Source: an uncultured Planctomycetaceae bacterium
GTDB taxonomy: Bacteria; Planctomycetota; Planctomycetia; Planctomycetales; Planctomycetaceae
Direction of reading: 5' to 3'
DNA: 64,000 nucleotides
Assembly: GCA_963976765.1 (NCBI GenBank)
Contig: CAXBME010000017.1
Span: 1 to 64,000 of the forward strand
Shown: piece after piece, positions 10,629 to 21,472 of the stretch
How positions within the stretch are numbered: position 1 is the first letter of the stretch
How the letters are laid out: each line of letters starts with the position of its first letter
Notes under the pieces: generated by a model
What the model was told of the DNA's origin: nothing
The model's input: the letters and a program-made list of their open reading frames with translations, nothing else
Database searches by the model: none
Program-made: the position numbers and the translations under genes

Positions 10629-12038
10629 ATGTCTAATTTCCATCTGTGGACAATCTGGGCGATCGGCACCGTCGGAATCGGTGCGTGGCTGGTGTTCGCA
10701 TTGCCAACAGCCGATTCCGCTCGCACAAGCTCGACGTTCTTTCTGCCGGGTGAAACAACGCATGGCCATTATCAGATTGAGATTAAATGCGGAATGTGCC
10801 ATGAACCAGGTGGCGCTGTTCGCGAAGAATCCTGCATGGAATGTCACGCCAGCGACCTGAAACTGGCTCGGGATACACATCCGAAAAGTAAGTTTCGTGA
10901 TCCGCAGAAGATCCCGTTGCTGCAAAAGATCGACGCGACGAGATGTGTGACCTGTCACCGCGAGCATGCCCCCGACCAGACCCTGGCTCACGGTCTGACG
11001 GTTCCTTCTGACTATTGCGTCAATTGCCATCAGGATGTTGCCGAAGATCGCCCGAGTCATCGCGACTTTGCATTCGATTCGTGTTCGACCGTGGGTTGCC
11101 ACAACTACCACGACAACACGGCGTTGTACGAGAACTTTCTCGTCAGGCACGCTGCGCAACCAAGCCTGTTAGACGATCCACGAATACCGCTTCGTGGCTC
11201 CCAGACTGAAATTCGAAATGCAAAGGTCGAGCGTCAGGCACTCACTCGCTCGGAAATCGACGCCCCAACAAAATTCGCCGCCGACAAATCGATCATTCAC
11301 GCCTGGGAGTCGACAGCTCACGCCAAAGCTGGCGTCAATTGCACAGCCTGTCACACGGCACCGGTCGAGGATGTCAGCGAACTCGAAAAAGCGACGACCA
11401 CTGCCAACCGGGGAGCATGGACCAGCACCGTCGACATCAACACATGTCAGAAATGTCACCAGGATGAAACAAGCGGATTCATGGCAGGCTTGCATGGCAT
11501 GCGTATCCAGGCAGGACTGACTTCGATGTCGCCTTCCTTCGCTCGCCTCCCGATGAATCATGATTCTCTGCATCGCTCACTGGATTGCAGTTCCTGCCAC
11601 TCCGGACACGAATTCGACACAAAGCTGGCGGCGGTGGAAGCCTGCTTGAAGTGCCACGACGACAATCACAGCCGCGAATACGCAGGCTCAAAACATTATC
11701 AGCTGTGGCTGGGCGAAATTCTCGGCGAGGCTCCTGCCGGAAGCGGAGTGTCCTGCGCGACTTGCCACATGCCACGGATTGAAGGCGAGTCGGCGGGATT
11801 GAGTAGGGACTCTATCCGAGTCGTTCATAACCAAAGCTGGAACCTGGCTCCTGTCGAGAAAATGGTCCGCAGTGTCTGCATGAACTGTCACGGTCTGGAT
11901 TTCTCTTTGAACGCGCTGGCTGATCCGAGTCTAAAAGACACCTGCTACGAAGGCAGTCCCAAAGGTCAACTCAAGACCATTCACATGGCCGAGTCCTGGT
12001 TCAAGTCCAGGCAGACGAAGAGGTCGGTTGCAGAATGA
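10629..12038 (+). CDS. exported multiheme cytochrome c (10 CxxCH plus 1 CxxxxCH)
   Basis: N-terminal hydrophobic anchor; CGMCH, CMECH, CVTCH, CVNCH, CSTVGCH, CTACH, CQKCH, CSSCH, CLKCH, CATCH, CMNCH. Confidence 0.9.
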   Translation: MSNFHLWTIWAIGTVGIGAWLVFALPTADSARTSSTFFLPGETTHGHYQIEIKCGMCHEPGGAVREESCMECHASDLKLARDTHPKSKFRDPQKIPLLQKIDATRCVTCHREHAPDQTLAHGLTVPSDYCVNCHQDVAEDRPSHRDFAFDSCSTVGCHNYHDNTALYENFLVRHAAQPSLLDDPRIPLRGSQTEIRNAKVERQALTRSEIDAPTKFAADKSIIHAWESTAHAKAGVNCTACHTAPVEDVSELEKATTTANRGAWTSTVDINTCQKCHQDETSGFMAGLHGMRIQAGLTSMSPSFARLPMNHDSLHRSLDCSSCHSGHEFDTKLAAVEACLKCHDDNHSREYAGSKHYQLWLGEILGEAPAGSGVSCATCHMPRIEGESAGLSRDSIRVVHNQSWNLAPVEKMVRSVCMNCHGLDFSLNALADPSLKDTCYEGSPKGQLKTIHMAESWFKSRQTKRSVAE

Positions 12039-12171
12039 TCCGTCGTTCTGTCCGACGGTTTCGGAACTCACAAACCACTGGAAGTGCCTGGAAGTTTTTT
12101 AATCTGAAATCCCGCCTGAGCAGAAATCGCTCCAACTGCCGGGCTTTCGAATCGACGCGAGGAAATTTCAA

Positions 12172-12807
12172 ATGATGATTTCAATGAGACTGTTTCGCAG
12201 GTCTGGCAGTGTGATTGCGTTTGCGTTGGGGGCGACTCTGGCGATTGGTGCAATCGGGTGCGGCGGGACATCGGTTCCACCTGTGGAAGCGAGTCCTCCC
12301 GCCGCTGCTGGCATCTCGCCACGGAAATTCTCAGACGCGGTTCATGCCGTGATGATGGCTGACCGGACGGTCTATGCGAAACAGGTCGTCACGCGGTTGA
12401 AGAAACAGGAAGCTCCGGTCAAGCCGAGCGAATACTGGCAGGATGAGAATCACACCATTCCTCTGCCGGCTCAGATGTTTCGCATGGGGGCTGAACTGGT
12501 CAACGACAATCCAGAAGCCGGATTCAGTTACGCATTAAAATCTCAGTGGCCGCTGAATCCTCAGAACCAGGCGGAAGGCACGGAAGTCGAAGGTCTGAAA
12601 TACATCGCCGAGCATCCAGACGAAAACTTCTACAAGGAAGAGGAAATCGGCGGCAGTAAGTTTTTCACTGCCGTTTACGCTGACAAAGCCGTAGCCGCTG
12701 CCTGCTGGGAATGCCACAACGATCACGCCAACAAAGGTGCTGACTATCCAGTCTTCAAGGAAGGAGACGTCATGGGTGGTGTGGTCGTCAGAATTCCGCT
12801 CAACTGA
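12172..12807 (+). CDS. DUF3365/Tll0287-like monoheme c lipoprotein
   Basis: Signal peptide ending AIGC, PLPAQMFR, WPLNPQN, CWECH, GDVMGG. Confidence 0.8.
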   Translation: MMISMRLFRRSGSVIAFALGATLAIGAIGCGGTSVPPVEASPPAAAGISPRKFSDAVHAVMMADRTVYAKQVVTRLKKQEAPVKPSEYWQDENHTIPLPAQMFRMGAELVNDNPEAGFSYALKSQWPLNPQNQAEGTEVEGLKYIAEHPDENFYKEEEIGGSKFFTAVYADKAVAAACWECHNDHANKGADYPVFKEGDVMGGVVVRIPLN

Positions 12808-12899
12808 TTCCGCGATGTCGGGCTCCCGATTCTTCTCTCGCCAGTCCGTCCCGGTCAGCAGCGTCTCGGCTGCCCGAAATTTTCATTCTGGAAATATCC

Positions 12900-13316
12900 A
12901 TGACGCCCTACAAAATCGCTCTTGTGAAATCTACATGGGCTCGCGTTGTACCGATCGCAGATCAGGCTGCGGACATGTTTTACGCGAGACTTTTTGAGAT
13001 AGACGGTTCGTTAAAGGAGCTCTTCCCTGAAGACATGACCGAGCAGAAAAAGAAACTGCTGCAGACGCTCGCTGTCTGTGTAAACGGCCTGAACGACCTG
13101 GGCGAAATTGTTCCTGCCGTCCAGGCACTGGGCAAGCGCCATGTTGGCTACAACGTCAAGCCGGAGCAGTACGAAACGGTCGGAGCAGCACTCCTCTGGA
13201 CACTCGAACAAGGTCTCGGCAAGGCATGGGACAAGGAAGTTGCCGAAGCCTGGACTGAAGTTTACGGCGTTCTGTCGACCACGATGAAAGAAGCTGCTGC
13301 CGAGTCAGCAGCGTAG
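12900..13316 (+). CDS. single-domain globin (Vgb/flavohemoglobin globin type)
   Basis: FYARLFE, LGKRHVGYNVKPEQYETVGAALL. Confidence 0.92.
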   Translation: MTPYKIALVKSTWARVVPIADQAADMFYARLFEIDGSLKELFPEDMTEQKKKLLQTLAVCVNGLNDLGEIVPAVQALGKRHVGYNVKPEQYETVGAALLWTLEQGLGKAWDKEVAEAWTEVYGVLSTTMKEAAAESAA

Positions 13317-13830
13317 TCACGAATTTTCGCTGCAGTCCATGTCGGGAGAGTTGCCCTTGAGAGGCTTCACATATCGTCGTGTCGCCACCCGGCAGGTCAA
13401 GAAGTGCTGAGCATGGCGTCGACCATATTCTGGGTGAAGGTACCTGAAATGACTCAATGAAGAGTCACCTGCCATCTTGAGTGGAGTGAAGTCGTCATTT
13501 CTGAAGACAAGTTTCTGAACACATCTTCGCTTCACTCGGGGTGGAGGGGTGGCAAACCCTGCTGCCATGTCGACGCTCACGGCTTGAATTGCTGACGCAC
13601 CGCGGACTTCGTGGATCATCAACCCTGCTTGTTAAGGGCTTCATCGCTTCTGCACGTTTTGCAGTCGCTCTCTGCTTTGTTTGAAAGCAGACATCACGCT
13701 CTGACAGGCGTTGCTTACATTCCGCCCTGTTGATGCGTGGCAAACTTCGCGTGGCAAACCACGCCTCTGTCAGCTTCAGACGCCGTGGGTGCCCACGAAA
13801 AGAGCGGTTTCGAGCATCTCTTGTTGACTT

Positions 13831-13846
13831 TGGCATCGCGGTTGCA
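13831..13846 (+). promoter_or_regulatory. sigma54 (-24/-12) promoter candidate
   Basis: TGGCATCGCGGTTGCA, near-consensus with GG-N10-GC, about 110 bp upstream of nrtA. Confidence 0.7.
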
Positions 13847-13954
13847 TTGATCACCAGAAGTGTTGATTCCGCGGTCAGCCATGAATCTCCTGCGCCGGGA
13901 GCAAATCACTCTTGTGAATGTATCGCGACCTTATCGTGAAAGATTGAGCGAACA

Positions 13955-15526
13955 ATGGATGGACCAATGAGGGAATGGCGACTTAAACAGCGGCTATATC
14001 AGAGCGAGCCAATTGAGCCGGACACACCGTCGATTCAGCAACGGTTGCGGCGAATGATGTACGGAGGGGCTTTGGCTCTGCTGTCTGCTTTCCCGTTGGG
14101 CTGTTCCGACGGAGATAGTGAAGTCTCGCTCGATATTCCTGCTGACCTTGGCATGGAAGCGGCAGCCGCGACATCCGCATCATCTGCCGGGGGAAATGAA
14201 TCAACAGAGTCGGTTACTGCTTCAAAGAAAACACTACTTGACCTTGAAAAAGACGAATTGAAGTTTGGATTTATCAAGCTGACTGACTGTGCTCCGATTG
14301 TCATTGCTCGTGAGAAAGGATTCTTCGGAGAAGAAGGTTTGCAGGTTGAAGTTATCGCTCAGCCAAACTGGAAAACGTTGCTCGATAATGTCATCAACGG
14401 CGAGCTCGATGGAGCTCACATGCTCTCCGGTCAGCCGATCGCGGCGACGATTGGGTTTGGGACCAAGGCACACATCATCACCGCCTTCACGATGGACCTC
14501 AACGGCAACGGGATCACCGTTTCCAACAGCATCTGGGAACAGATGCAACAGAACGATGAGGCTCTGAAGTCACCAACACCGAAACATCCAATTTCAGCAG
14601 AAGCGTTGAAGCCAGTCGTGCAGTCAAAGCTGGGCGCGGGTGAAAAGCTGCAAATGGGAATGGTGTTTCCAGTGTCAACTCACAACTACGAACTGCGGTA
14701 CTGGCTGGCCGCGTCGGGAATTCACCCAGGCTTCTACACGAAGTCTGATATTGGTGGCCGAACGGATGCTCAAGTCGAACTGTCCGTCACCCCTCCTCCA
14801 ATGATGCCGGCGACGCTTGAAGCGGGGAATATTCAAGGCTATTGCGTGGGTGAACCCTGGAATCAGCAGGCCGTGGCGAAAGGTATCGGTGTTCCGGTCA
14901 CGACGAACTATGACGTCTGGAAGAACAATCCAGAAAAAGTCTTTGGAGTTTCGAAAAAGTGGGCCGACGAAAACCCCAACACGCATCTCGCTGTCGTGAA
15001 GGCACTCATCCGTGCCGGTAAATGGCTCGACGAAACGGACGATTCCGGGGCACTCGTCAATCGTGAAGAGGCAGCTCGAATTCTCAGTCGGCCCGATTAC
15101 GTCGGTGCTGATTATGACGTGATCAAGAACTCGATGACTGGCTTCTTCTACTTTCAAAAGACCGACAAACGGCCGATGCCGGACTTCAATGTTTTCTTTA
15201 AGTACCACTGCACTTACCCGTGGTATTCGGACGGAGTCTGGTTCCTCACTCAGATGCGACGCTGGGGACAGATCGCTGAACCGAAGCCAGCTGAGTGGTA
15301 CGACGAGATGGCTAAAGAGGTCTACAAGCCGGCAATCTATCTCAAAGCGGCGCGGATGCTGGTCGACGAGGGGTTGGTCGACGAGAGCGATATTCCGTGG
15401 GAAACCGACGGCTACAAGGAAGCCACGTCCGACTTCATTGACGGCATTCCTTACGACGGTCGTGATCCGATCGGATATCTGAACTCCCACAAGATCGGCA
15501 ACAAGGACGAGACTGGCAGCGATTAA
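13955..15526 (+). CDS. nrtA: CmpA/NrtA-family nitrate/nitrite ABC substrate-binding protein
   Basis: [40 protein letters not shown]; lipobox-like PLGC. Confidence 0.92.
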   Translation: MDGPMREWRLKQRLYQSEPIEPDTPSIQQRLRRMMYGGALALLSAFPLGCSDGDSEVSLDIPADLGMEAAAATSASSAGGNESTESVTASKKTLLDLEKDELKFGFIKLTDCAPIVIAREKGFFGEEGLQVEVIAQPNWKTLLDNVINGELDGAHMLSGQPIAATIGFGTKAHIITAFTMDLNGNGITVSNSIWEQMQQNDEALKSPTPKHPISAEALKPVVQSKLGAGEKLQMGMVFPVSTHNYELRYWLAASGIHPGFYTKSDIGGRTDAQVELSVTPPPMMPATLEAGNIQGYCVGEPWNQQAVAKGIGVPVTTNYDVWKNNPEKVFGVSKKWADENPNTHLAVVKALIRAGKWLDETDDSGALVNREEAARILSRPDYVGADYDVIKNSMTGFFYFQKTDKRPMPDFNVFFKYHCTYPWYSDGVWFLTQMRRWGQIAEPKPAEWYDEMAKEVYKPAIYLKAARMLVDEGLVDESDIPWETDGYKEATSDFIDGIPYDGRDPIGYLNSHKIGNKDETGSD

Positions 15527-15652
15527 TCCCGGCTTTTCTGATCGAGTTGGAACAGGCCGGCTCATATCTCCCGGAGCCGGCCCTGTTCCGTTTGAATGGC
15601 AAGACCTCACGCGTTTCAGACACAGAGTCGCGTAACGACTAACGGCAAATTT

Positions 15653-17257
15653 ATGAAGTACAAGATCATCAAAGCGATCGACGTCGCGGGACTGAACTTT
15701 CTGGCTCCAGTCGTCAGACTGTGTTATCGCGAAGAGCCGAAAAAACAACTCGAAGAAATTGGACGCTACATCGTTATTCCCGTCGTAGCGTTCACCGCGT
15801 TTGTTGCTCTCTGGGCAGTGATCGCTCCCAGACACAAGACGAAGTCCGGTGAAGTGCCGACGCCATTCGTGGTTTGGGACGCTGCTGACAGCATCTGGAA
15901 ATTCCACGACCGAGAGGGCGATAAGGAAGATGCTTACGGTCTAAGTGGCAAGACTCGTGATGAGAAACTGCTGATCGTTGAAAAACGGCTGGCTCAACTT
16001 GGCCCGCTGGAAGACCTTGCCGACTCGCAGGTCAAAGAGGTAGAAAAGGCCCGATCTAAGTTTGTTGACAAAATGGTCAGTCCACTGCTTGGCGAATACG
16101 ACAAACTCAGCACGCAGTTTTCCGAGGCAAAGAAGGCAAGAGAAGCCGGACTTCAGCGAGACGCGGAATTACTGACGTCTGGAGATCGGGATCGCAAGAA
16201 CGCCTACCTTGCCGAGGTACGAAGCCACGCTGAACAGACCGAAGAAGAACGACAAACACTGAAGGAAATTAAGGCCGAAGAGGATGCCATTCGAGCTGAC
16301 AAGTATCCCGATCTCGTCGCAGCTCTGAGTGCCCAGACAAAGATTGCAGAGGAAAGGCAGTATCTTGGAAAGCTGGCAGAGCACCTCGGAAAATCGAATC
16401 GAACAGCAAAGCTGGAAGGACAGATCGCTCAGCTGAGAAGCGACCAGGTGGCATTTATGTCGGCCGCGGGCGAAGAAGCATTTGCGCTCGCCAGGCGGAT
16501 CGTGAAGCAGGAAGAACGAATCAGGAAGACGTCTGAATCGACGTACGCCAAACCGTGGACTCTGCCGATGCAGATTTACCGCAGCCTGGCGTGTGTATTT
16601 GTCGGATTCTTCATTGGCTCGGCCATTGCCATACCGATCGGGGTCCTGTGTGGCCTCAGTTCAACTTTCATGGCCGCGATGACTCCATTCATCGCCTTGT
16701 TTAAGCCTGTTTCGCCGATCGTCTGGTTGCCGATCGCGTTGATCATCGTAGGCGGTTTTATCCCAGACCCTGACAAACACTGGCTGATCGACCTGCTTGC
16801 AAACCTACCTTTGATTGGCTGGATGAAGATCAACCCAGCCTTCATCGCGTCGGCAGTGACCGTCGCCCTTTGTTCTCTCTGGGCGACGATGGTCAACACC
16901 GCACTGGGAGTCGCGTCGATCGACAAGGATCACATCAACGTTGCCCGAGTCCTGCGTCTCGGATTCTGGGACCGTCTGGTCAAGATTGTTATCCCGTCGG
17001 CGTTGCCACTCATCTTTGCTGGACTTCGCATTTCACTTGGTGTCGGCTGGATGGTGCTTGTCGCTGCCGAACTGCTCAGTTCGTCCGAAGGGATCGGCAA
17101 GTTCGTCTGGGACCAGTTCAATAATGGAGCTTCCGATTCTTTCGCGAAGATGATGGTTGTCGTGTTTGTGGTGGGTTTCGTGGGCTTGTTACTTGACCGA
17201 ATCATGATCGTGTTTCAGCGGTTGGTGAGCTTTGACGAAGCTCCGGCGGCGATGTGA
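15653..17257 (+). CDS. nrtB: nitrate ABC permease with large helical insertion
   Basis: [36 protein letters not shown]. Confidence 0.9.
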   Translation: MKYKIIKAIDVAGLNFLAPVVRLCYREEPKKQLEEIGRYIVIPVVAFTAFVALWAVIAPRHKTKSGEVPTPFVVWDAADSIWKFHDREGDKEDAYGLSGKTRDEKLLIVEKRLAQLGPLEDLADSQVKEVEKARSKFVDKMVSPLLGEYDKLSTQFSEAKKAREAGLQRDAELLTSGDRDRKNAYLAEVRSHAEQTEEERQTLKEIKAEEDAIRADKYPDLVAALSAQTKIAEERQYLGKLAEHLGKSNRTAKLEGQIAQLRSDQVAFMSAAGEEAFALARRIVKQEERIRKTSESTYAKPWTLPMQIYRSLACVFVGFFIGSAIAIPIGVLCGLSSTFMAAMTPFIALFKPVSPIVWLPIALIIVGGFIPDPDKHWLIDLLANLPLIGWMKINPAFIASAVTVALCSLWATMVNTALGVASIDKDHINVARVLRLGFWDRLVKIVIPSALPLIFAGLRISLGVGWMVLVAAELLSSSEGIGKFVWDQFNNGASDSFAKMMVVVFVVGFVGLLLDRIMIVFQRLVSFDEAPAAM

Positions 17258-17300
17258 CAGCGTGCTCATAAGAACAAGAACTCGACAGGCAGGTATTTCG

Positions 17301-18167
17301 ATGGCATGGTTGGAACTGAATCAGGTGAATGTTGGCTTTGGTCCGCAGGACTCGCGAACCGAAGTGCTTGCCGATGTGAACCTGCAGGTCGAAGAAAACG
17401 AGTTTATCGCTGTGATCGGCTTCTCTGGAAGCGGAAAAAGCACGCTGATTTCGACACTGGCTGGGTTGACGACGCCCGACTCCGGCACGGTCAGCATCGG
17501 CGGCACTGTCGTGACAGAACCTGGCCCGGACCGTGGGATCATGTTTCAGAATTACTCGTTGCTGCCCTGGCTCAGCGTGTACTCAAACATCGAACTCGCC
17601 GTCCGTCAGGTCTTCCCGGAAATGTCGAAGGCTGACCGACTGGAGTACATTCAGCGATACATCGACATGGTCAATCTGACAGGTGCTGAGTGGAAAAAGC
17701 CACATGAGTTGTCAGGTGGTATGCGGCAGCGTCTTTCGCTGGCCCGAACGCTGTCGATGAAGCCCGAAGTGTTACTGCTCGACGAACCGCTCAGCGCCCT
17801 GGATGCGCTGACTCGGGCACAACTTCAGGATGAGATCATCCGCATCTGGGAAGACGATCGTCGCACCGTCGTGATGATTACCAACGATGTCGACGAAGCC
17901 GTCTTGATGGCGGATCGAATCGTCGCGTTGACACCCGGTCCGGAAGCGACAACCGGGCGTTCGTTTCCCGTCACTCTGGATCGTCCCAGAGACCGCACGA
18001 CTTTGAACTTCAATCCAGAGTTCAAGCGACTTCGCAACGACGTGACCCGCTACATGATGGACATCAATGAAGAAGCCAAAGAGCTTCGTTTCTCCGAAAG
18101 CCGGCAGCTTCCCGATTGCGAGCCCATTGACCTGTCGTCTCCGACGAATCGAATGGTCGCGTCCTGA
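17301..18167 (+). CDS. nrtC: nitrate ABC ATPase
   Basis: [32 protein letters not shown]. Confidence 0.88.
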   Translation: MAWLELNQVNVGFGPQDSRTEVLADVNLQVEENEFIAVIGFSGSGKSTLISTLAGLTTPDSGTVSIGGTVVTEPGPDRGIMFQNYSLLPWLSVYSNIELAVRQVFPEMSKADRLEYIQRYIDMVNLTGAEWKKPHELSGGMRQRLSLARTLSMKPEVLLLDEPLSALDALTRAQLQDEIIRIWEDDRRTVVMITNDVDEAVLMADRIVALTPGPEATTGRSFPVTLDRPRDRTTLNFNPEFKRLRNDVTRYMMDINEEAKELRFSESRQLPDCEPIDLSSPTNRMVAS

Positions 18168-18186
18168 TCAACAAATTGAGCTCTTT

Positions 18187-19158
18187 ATGATTAATGCAGC
18201 GTCACCAGCCGAACTGACTGAATCGGAACTTGCTTCACCCGTTGTAACGTCCTCACAAATACGGGCCGAACGACGGTACGTTGAGATTTTCAACCTGACG
18301 AAAGCGTACCCCAATCCCTACGGCGAAGACGTCAAGGTCGTAGACGGCTTCAACCTGATACTGAAACGCGGTGAAGTCGTCAGCGTGATTGGACATTCGG
18401 GGTGCGGGAAGTCGACCGTCCTGACAATGGTGGCCGGCCTGAATCCAATCTCGCTGGGTGGGATCGTACTCGACGGAAAGGAAATCGATGGCCCTGGTCC
18501 TGACCGGGCTGTTGTGTTTCAGACGCCGTGTCTGCTTCCCTGGCTGACAGCTCTCGGAAACGTAAAGCTCGGGGTCGACCGGGTTTACCCTCACATATCC
18601 AGGAACGAACGGCAACAAATCTGCGAGTACTACCTGAGCATCGTGGGACTGGCTGACTCCATGTCGAAGTATCCGCGTGAAATGTCAGGCGGCATGCAGC
18701 AGCGAGTTGGCATTGCTCGCGCAATCGCGTTGAAACCTCGCATGCTGCTGCTTGACGAACCGTTCGGTCGTCTTGATTCGTTAACGCGAATGGACCTGCA
18801 GGATGTGATCCTCGACGTTCTGAATCGAGAGCAAATCACAACGATGGTTGTTACGCACGACGTTGACGAGGCGATCTACATGTCAGACCGCGTCTGCATG
18901 ATGACAACCGGCCCTGCGGCGCGCGTTGGCCAGGTGCTTGAATTGCCATTTGATCGACCTCGCAACCGCGCCGATGTTCTTGAGGATCCCGAGTATTACG
19001 AACTTCGTGGATGTCTGTTGAGCTTTCTGGAAAGCCAGGACAACCGCATGGAACAGCCGGAAGAACCGCACGAAGCTCAACCGTTAGAGCCGCACGGTGA
19101 ACAGGAAATCTCTGACACTCTGAGAGATGACGAAGTCACAGAATCAGTGATCGTTTAG
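18187..19158 (+). CDS. nrtD: nitrate ABC ATPase
   Basis: [33 protein letters not shown]. Confidence 0.88.
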   Translation: MINAASPAELTESELASPVVTSSQIRAERRYVEIFNLTKAYPNPYGEDVKVVDGFNLILKRGEVVSVIGHSGCGKSTVLTMVAGLNPISLGGIVLDGKEIDGPGPDRAVVFQTPCLLPWLTALGNVKLGVDRVYPHISRNERQQICEYYLSIVGLADSMSKYPREMSGGMQQRVGIARAIALKPRMLLLDEPFGRLDSLTRMDLQDVILDVLNREQITTMVVTHDVDEAIYMSDRVCMMTTGPAARVGQVLELPFDRPRNRADVLEDPEYYELRGCLLSFLESQDNRMEQPEEPHEAQPLEPHGEQEISDTLRDDEVTESVIV

Positions 19159-19185
19159 AAACAGCTCTTGATTTGAGGGAACAAG

Positions 19186-20145
19186 ATGAAAGTAGCAACG
19201 AGTAACAGTTCGAAGCTGCTGAGAGCCGTGGAAGTCTGGTCGCCAACTGCTGACGGGCTCCAGCTTGAACGCACAAGTTCATTTTACGCCGGTGCCGATG
19301 CATTTGAAGCGGTCAGCGAAAAAACGAAGTTTCATCGCGGAAACGGACTTCCAGGACTCGTTTGGGAAGCCGGAATTCCTGTTGTCTTCAACGACCTTGC
19401 GTCAACGGACTTCGTCAGACACGAAGCTGCTCGCGAAGACGAATTGAGTGCCGGTATTGGCGTACCAGTGTTTGACGGCCCAGACCTCGTAGCCGTACTT
19501 CTGTTTCTCTGCCATACAAGTGAAATCTGTGCGGCGGCATTCGAGTCCTGGATCATCGAAGAGACTCGCAACGAGCTAATGCCAGGAACGGGCTTTTATT
19601 CCAACCTCGACCGCTTCCGCAGAATGACCCAGTACCTTCGATTTCCTTACGGAGCCGGTTTGCCTGGGGATGTCTGGCAAACGCGAATGCCCCGCATCAT
19701 CAATCGGCTGGCGAATTCAACTGACTTTCTTCGTGCGTCCGGCGCAGACGCCGAAGGTCTCGACTTCGGACTGGCCGTCCCTGTAGTTCGAGATCACGAC
19801 GAAATCCAGTCCGTCGTTCTGTTACTGTCGTCGGATCGTTCGCCGATTTCGCAGGTGATTCAAATCTGGACTCCCAACGAGGACCGCTCGACTTTTGAGC
19901 TAACGAGCTGCGTCGCACCAGGGGCTCCTTCGATGGCCGGGCTCTGTCACAAAATCTCGTGTGAAAAGGGTGAAGGTCTGGTTGGAACGGTCTGGCAGAA
20001 CCGCTGTCCCAGGATTCGTACGGGATTCGAATCGGAACCCCAGCCGGTTGCAGAACGGGCCATTCATGCCGGGCTCACCTGGTCCGCTGGTTGGCCCATC
20101 ATCGCTCATGGCGACGTCCAGGCTGTTTGCGTCTTTATGGATTGA
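19186..20145 (+). CDS. stand-alone tandem GAF-repeat protein
   Basis: Three ~105-aa repeats, each with GxGL(P/V)GxVW; no output domain. Confidence 0.75.
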   Translation: MKVATSNSSKLLRAVEVWSPTADGLQLERTSSFYAGADAFEAVSEKTKFHRGNGLPGLVWEAGIPVVFNDLASTDFVRHEAAREDELSAGIGVPVFDGPDLVAVLLFLCHTSEICAAAFESWIIEETRNELMPGTGFYSNLDRFRRMTQYLRFPYGAGLPGDVWQTRMPRIINRLANSTDFLRASGADAEGLDFGLAVPVVRDHDEIQSVVLLLSSDRSPISQVIQIWTPNEDRSTFELTSCVAPGAPSMAGLCHKISCEKGEGLVGTVWQNRCPRIRTGFESEPQPVAERAIHAGLTWSAGWPIIAHGDVQAVCVFMD

Positions 20146-20152
20146 GACCACG

Positions 20153-21472
20153 TTGAGCAACTTCTGTTTGAAAGCGGTCGATGTGATTACTGAACGAGAG
20201 ACCTGTTCTGAGACCTGTGACGCCCAGGCACTTGCGCACGAGAACCGCCGCCTCAGGAGTGAACTCGCGATGCTGAAGGCGGCTGATCAGTTCGTTAGAG
20301 AACGTGAAAGGATCCTTCAGATCATTCTGGACTCGGCGAGTGATGTCATCGTCACCATTGACCAATCGAGCGAGATCGTGCATGCCAATTCGGCCGCTTA
20401 TAAGGTCTTTGGATACACAGCCTCAGAACTGATCGGACAGCCGGTGACACACCTGATGCCGGAAGCTGACAGAGAACGACACCGCTCAGGGATATCGCGG
20501 TTTCTAAGAACCGGTCAACCACTCAAGTCGTGGAGGGGATTGCGTTTCAATGGGCTCCATCGTAACGGTCATGAGTTTCCCATCGAAATGTCATTCGGAA
20601 CCGTGCAGCGGCCAGACGGTACATTTCACTTTACGGGGATTATTCGCGATGTCACGGCTTTGGTCGAAGCGGAAGACAGCAGACGTCAACAGCTTGGTGA
20701 CCTTGCACATCGCCAGCGATTGTTGTCCGTTGGCGAGATGGCGACTGGGTTAGCACACGAACTCAACCAGCCACTGCTGGCAATCTGTCTGCAGGCGGAC
20801 GCGGCAGCAGAGCAACTTCGAAACGCTCTGCAGAGGAATACCCCGTACCAACCGGAATCAAGCCGGGTCGCGATTGATGAGTCTGTTGCCGGGGAACTTC
20901 AAGAAGGGCTCACGGAAATTGCGACGCAGGCCCAGCGGGCTTCACGCGTGATTCGGTCTGTCCGAGGCATGGTTCGGCGAGATGAGGCTTCGAAAACGGC
21001 AGTGTCACTGGCCAGGATCGTATCCGACGTTTTACCGATCTGTGAGCATTGTTGTGAACAGGGTGGAGCAAAACTGATCGTAGATATTTCTGATGACTTG
21101 CCAACCATCATCGCTGATAAAACGCTGATCGGGCAGGTCATTGCCAATCTGGTCCAGAACGCGGTCACGGCAATCCAAAGTGTTCCACGTCAGTCCCGGC
21201 ATGTCTGGTTATCCGCGGAAGAGATAACCGGCGATCGGATTCAGGTCGAGGTTCGAGATTCTGGCGATGGAATTTCACCCGAATCAATCGATCAGCTTTT
21301 CACGAGTTTCTACACGACCCGTTCCGATGGGCTCGGACTCGGACTGACCATCTGTCGTTCCATTATCGAAGCTCATGGCGGGAACATCCAGGCCGAGAAC
21401 GCTCCCGACTGCGGAGCAAAATTCATTTTCACCTTACCAGTCTATTGTACGGTGCGACCCACTCATGGATGA
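20153..21472 (+). CDS. FixL-like PAS sensor histidine kinase (start uncertain)
   Basis: PAS with LMPEADRERH (FixL heme-His position), GEMATGLAHELNQPL H-box, DSGDG, GLGLGL. Confidence 0.85.
   Translation: MSNFCLKAVDVITERETCSETCDAQALAHENRRLRSELAMLKAADQFVRERERILQIILDSASDVIVTIDQSSEIVHANSAAYKVFGYTASELIGQPVTHLMPEADRERHRSGISRFLRTGQPLKSWRGLRFNGLHRNGHEFPIEMSFGTVQRPDGTFHFTGIIRDVTALVEAEDSRRQQLGDLAHRQRLLSVGEMATGLAHELNQPLLAICLQADAAAEQLRNALQRNTPYQPESSRVAIDESVAGELQEGLTEIATQAQRASRVIRSVRGMVRRDEASKTAVSLARIVSDVLPICEHCCEQGGAKLIVDISDDLPTIIADKTLIGQVIANLVQNAVTAIQSVPRQSRHVWLSAEEITGDRIQVEVRDSGDGISPESIDQLFTSFYTTRSDGLGLGLTICRSIIEAHGGNIQAENAPDCGAKFIFTLPVYCTVRPTHG

Noticed and set aside
10629..12038. Calling this gene nrfA
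   Set aside because: No CxxCK, and 11 rather than 5 heme motifs.
14675..15907. Long antisense ORF (410 aa); likewise 24867-25844, 41660-43522, 43933-44922, 46509-48723 and 54106-55047
   Set aside because: Shadow frames of well-supported genes in GC-rich DNA, with no recognisable motifs.
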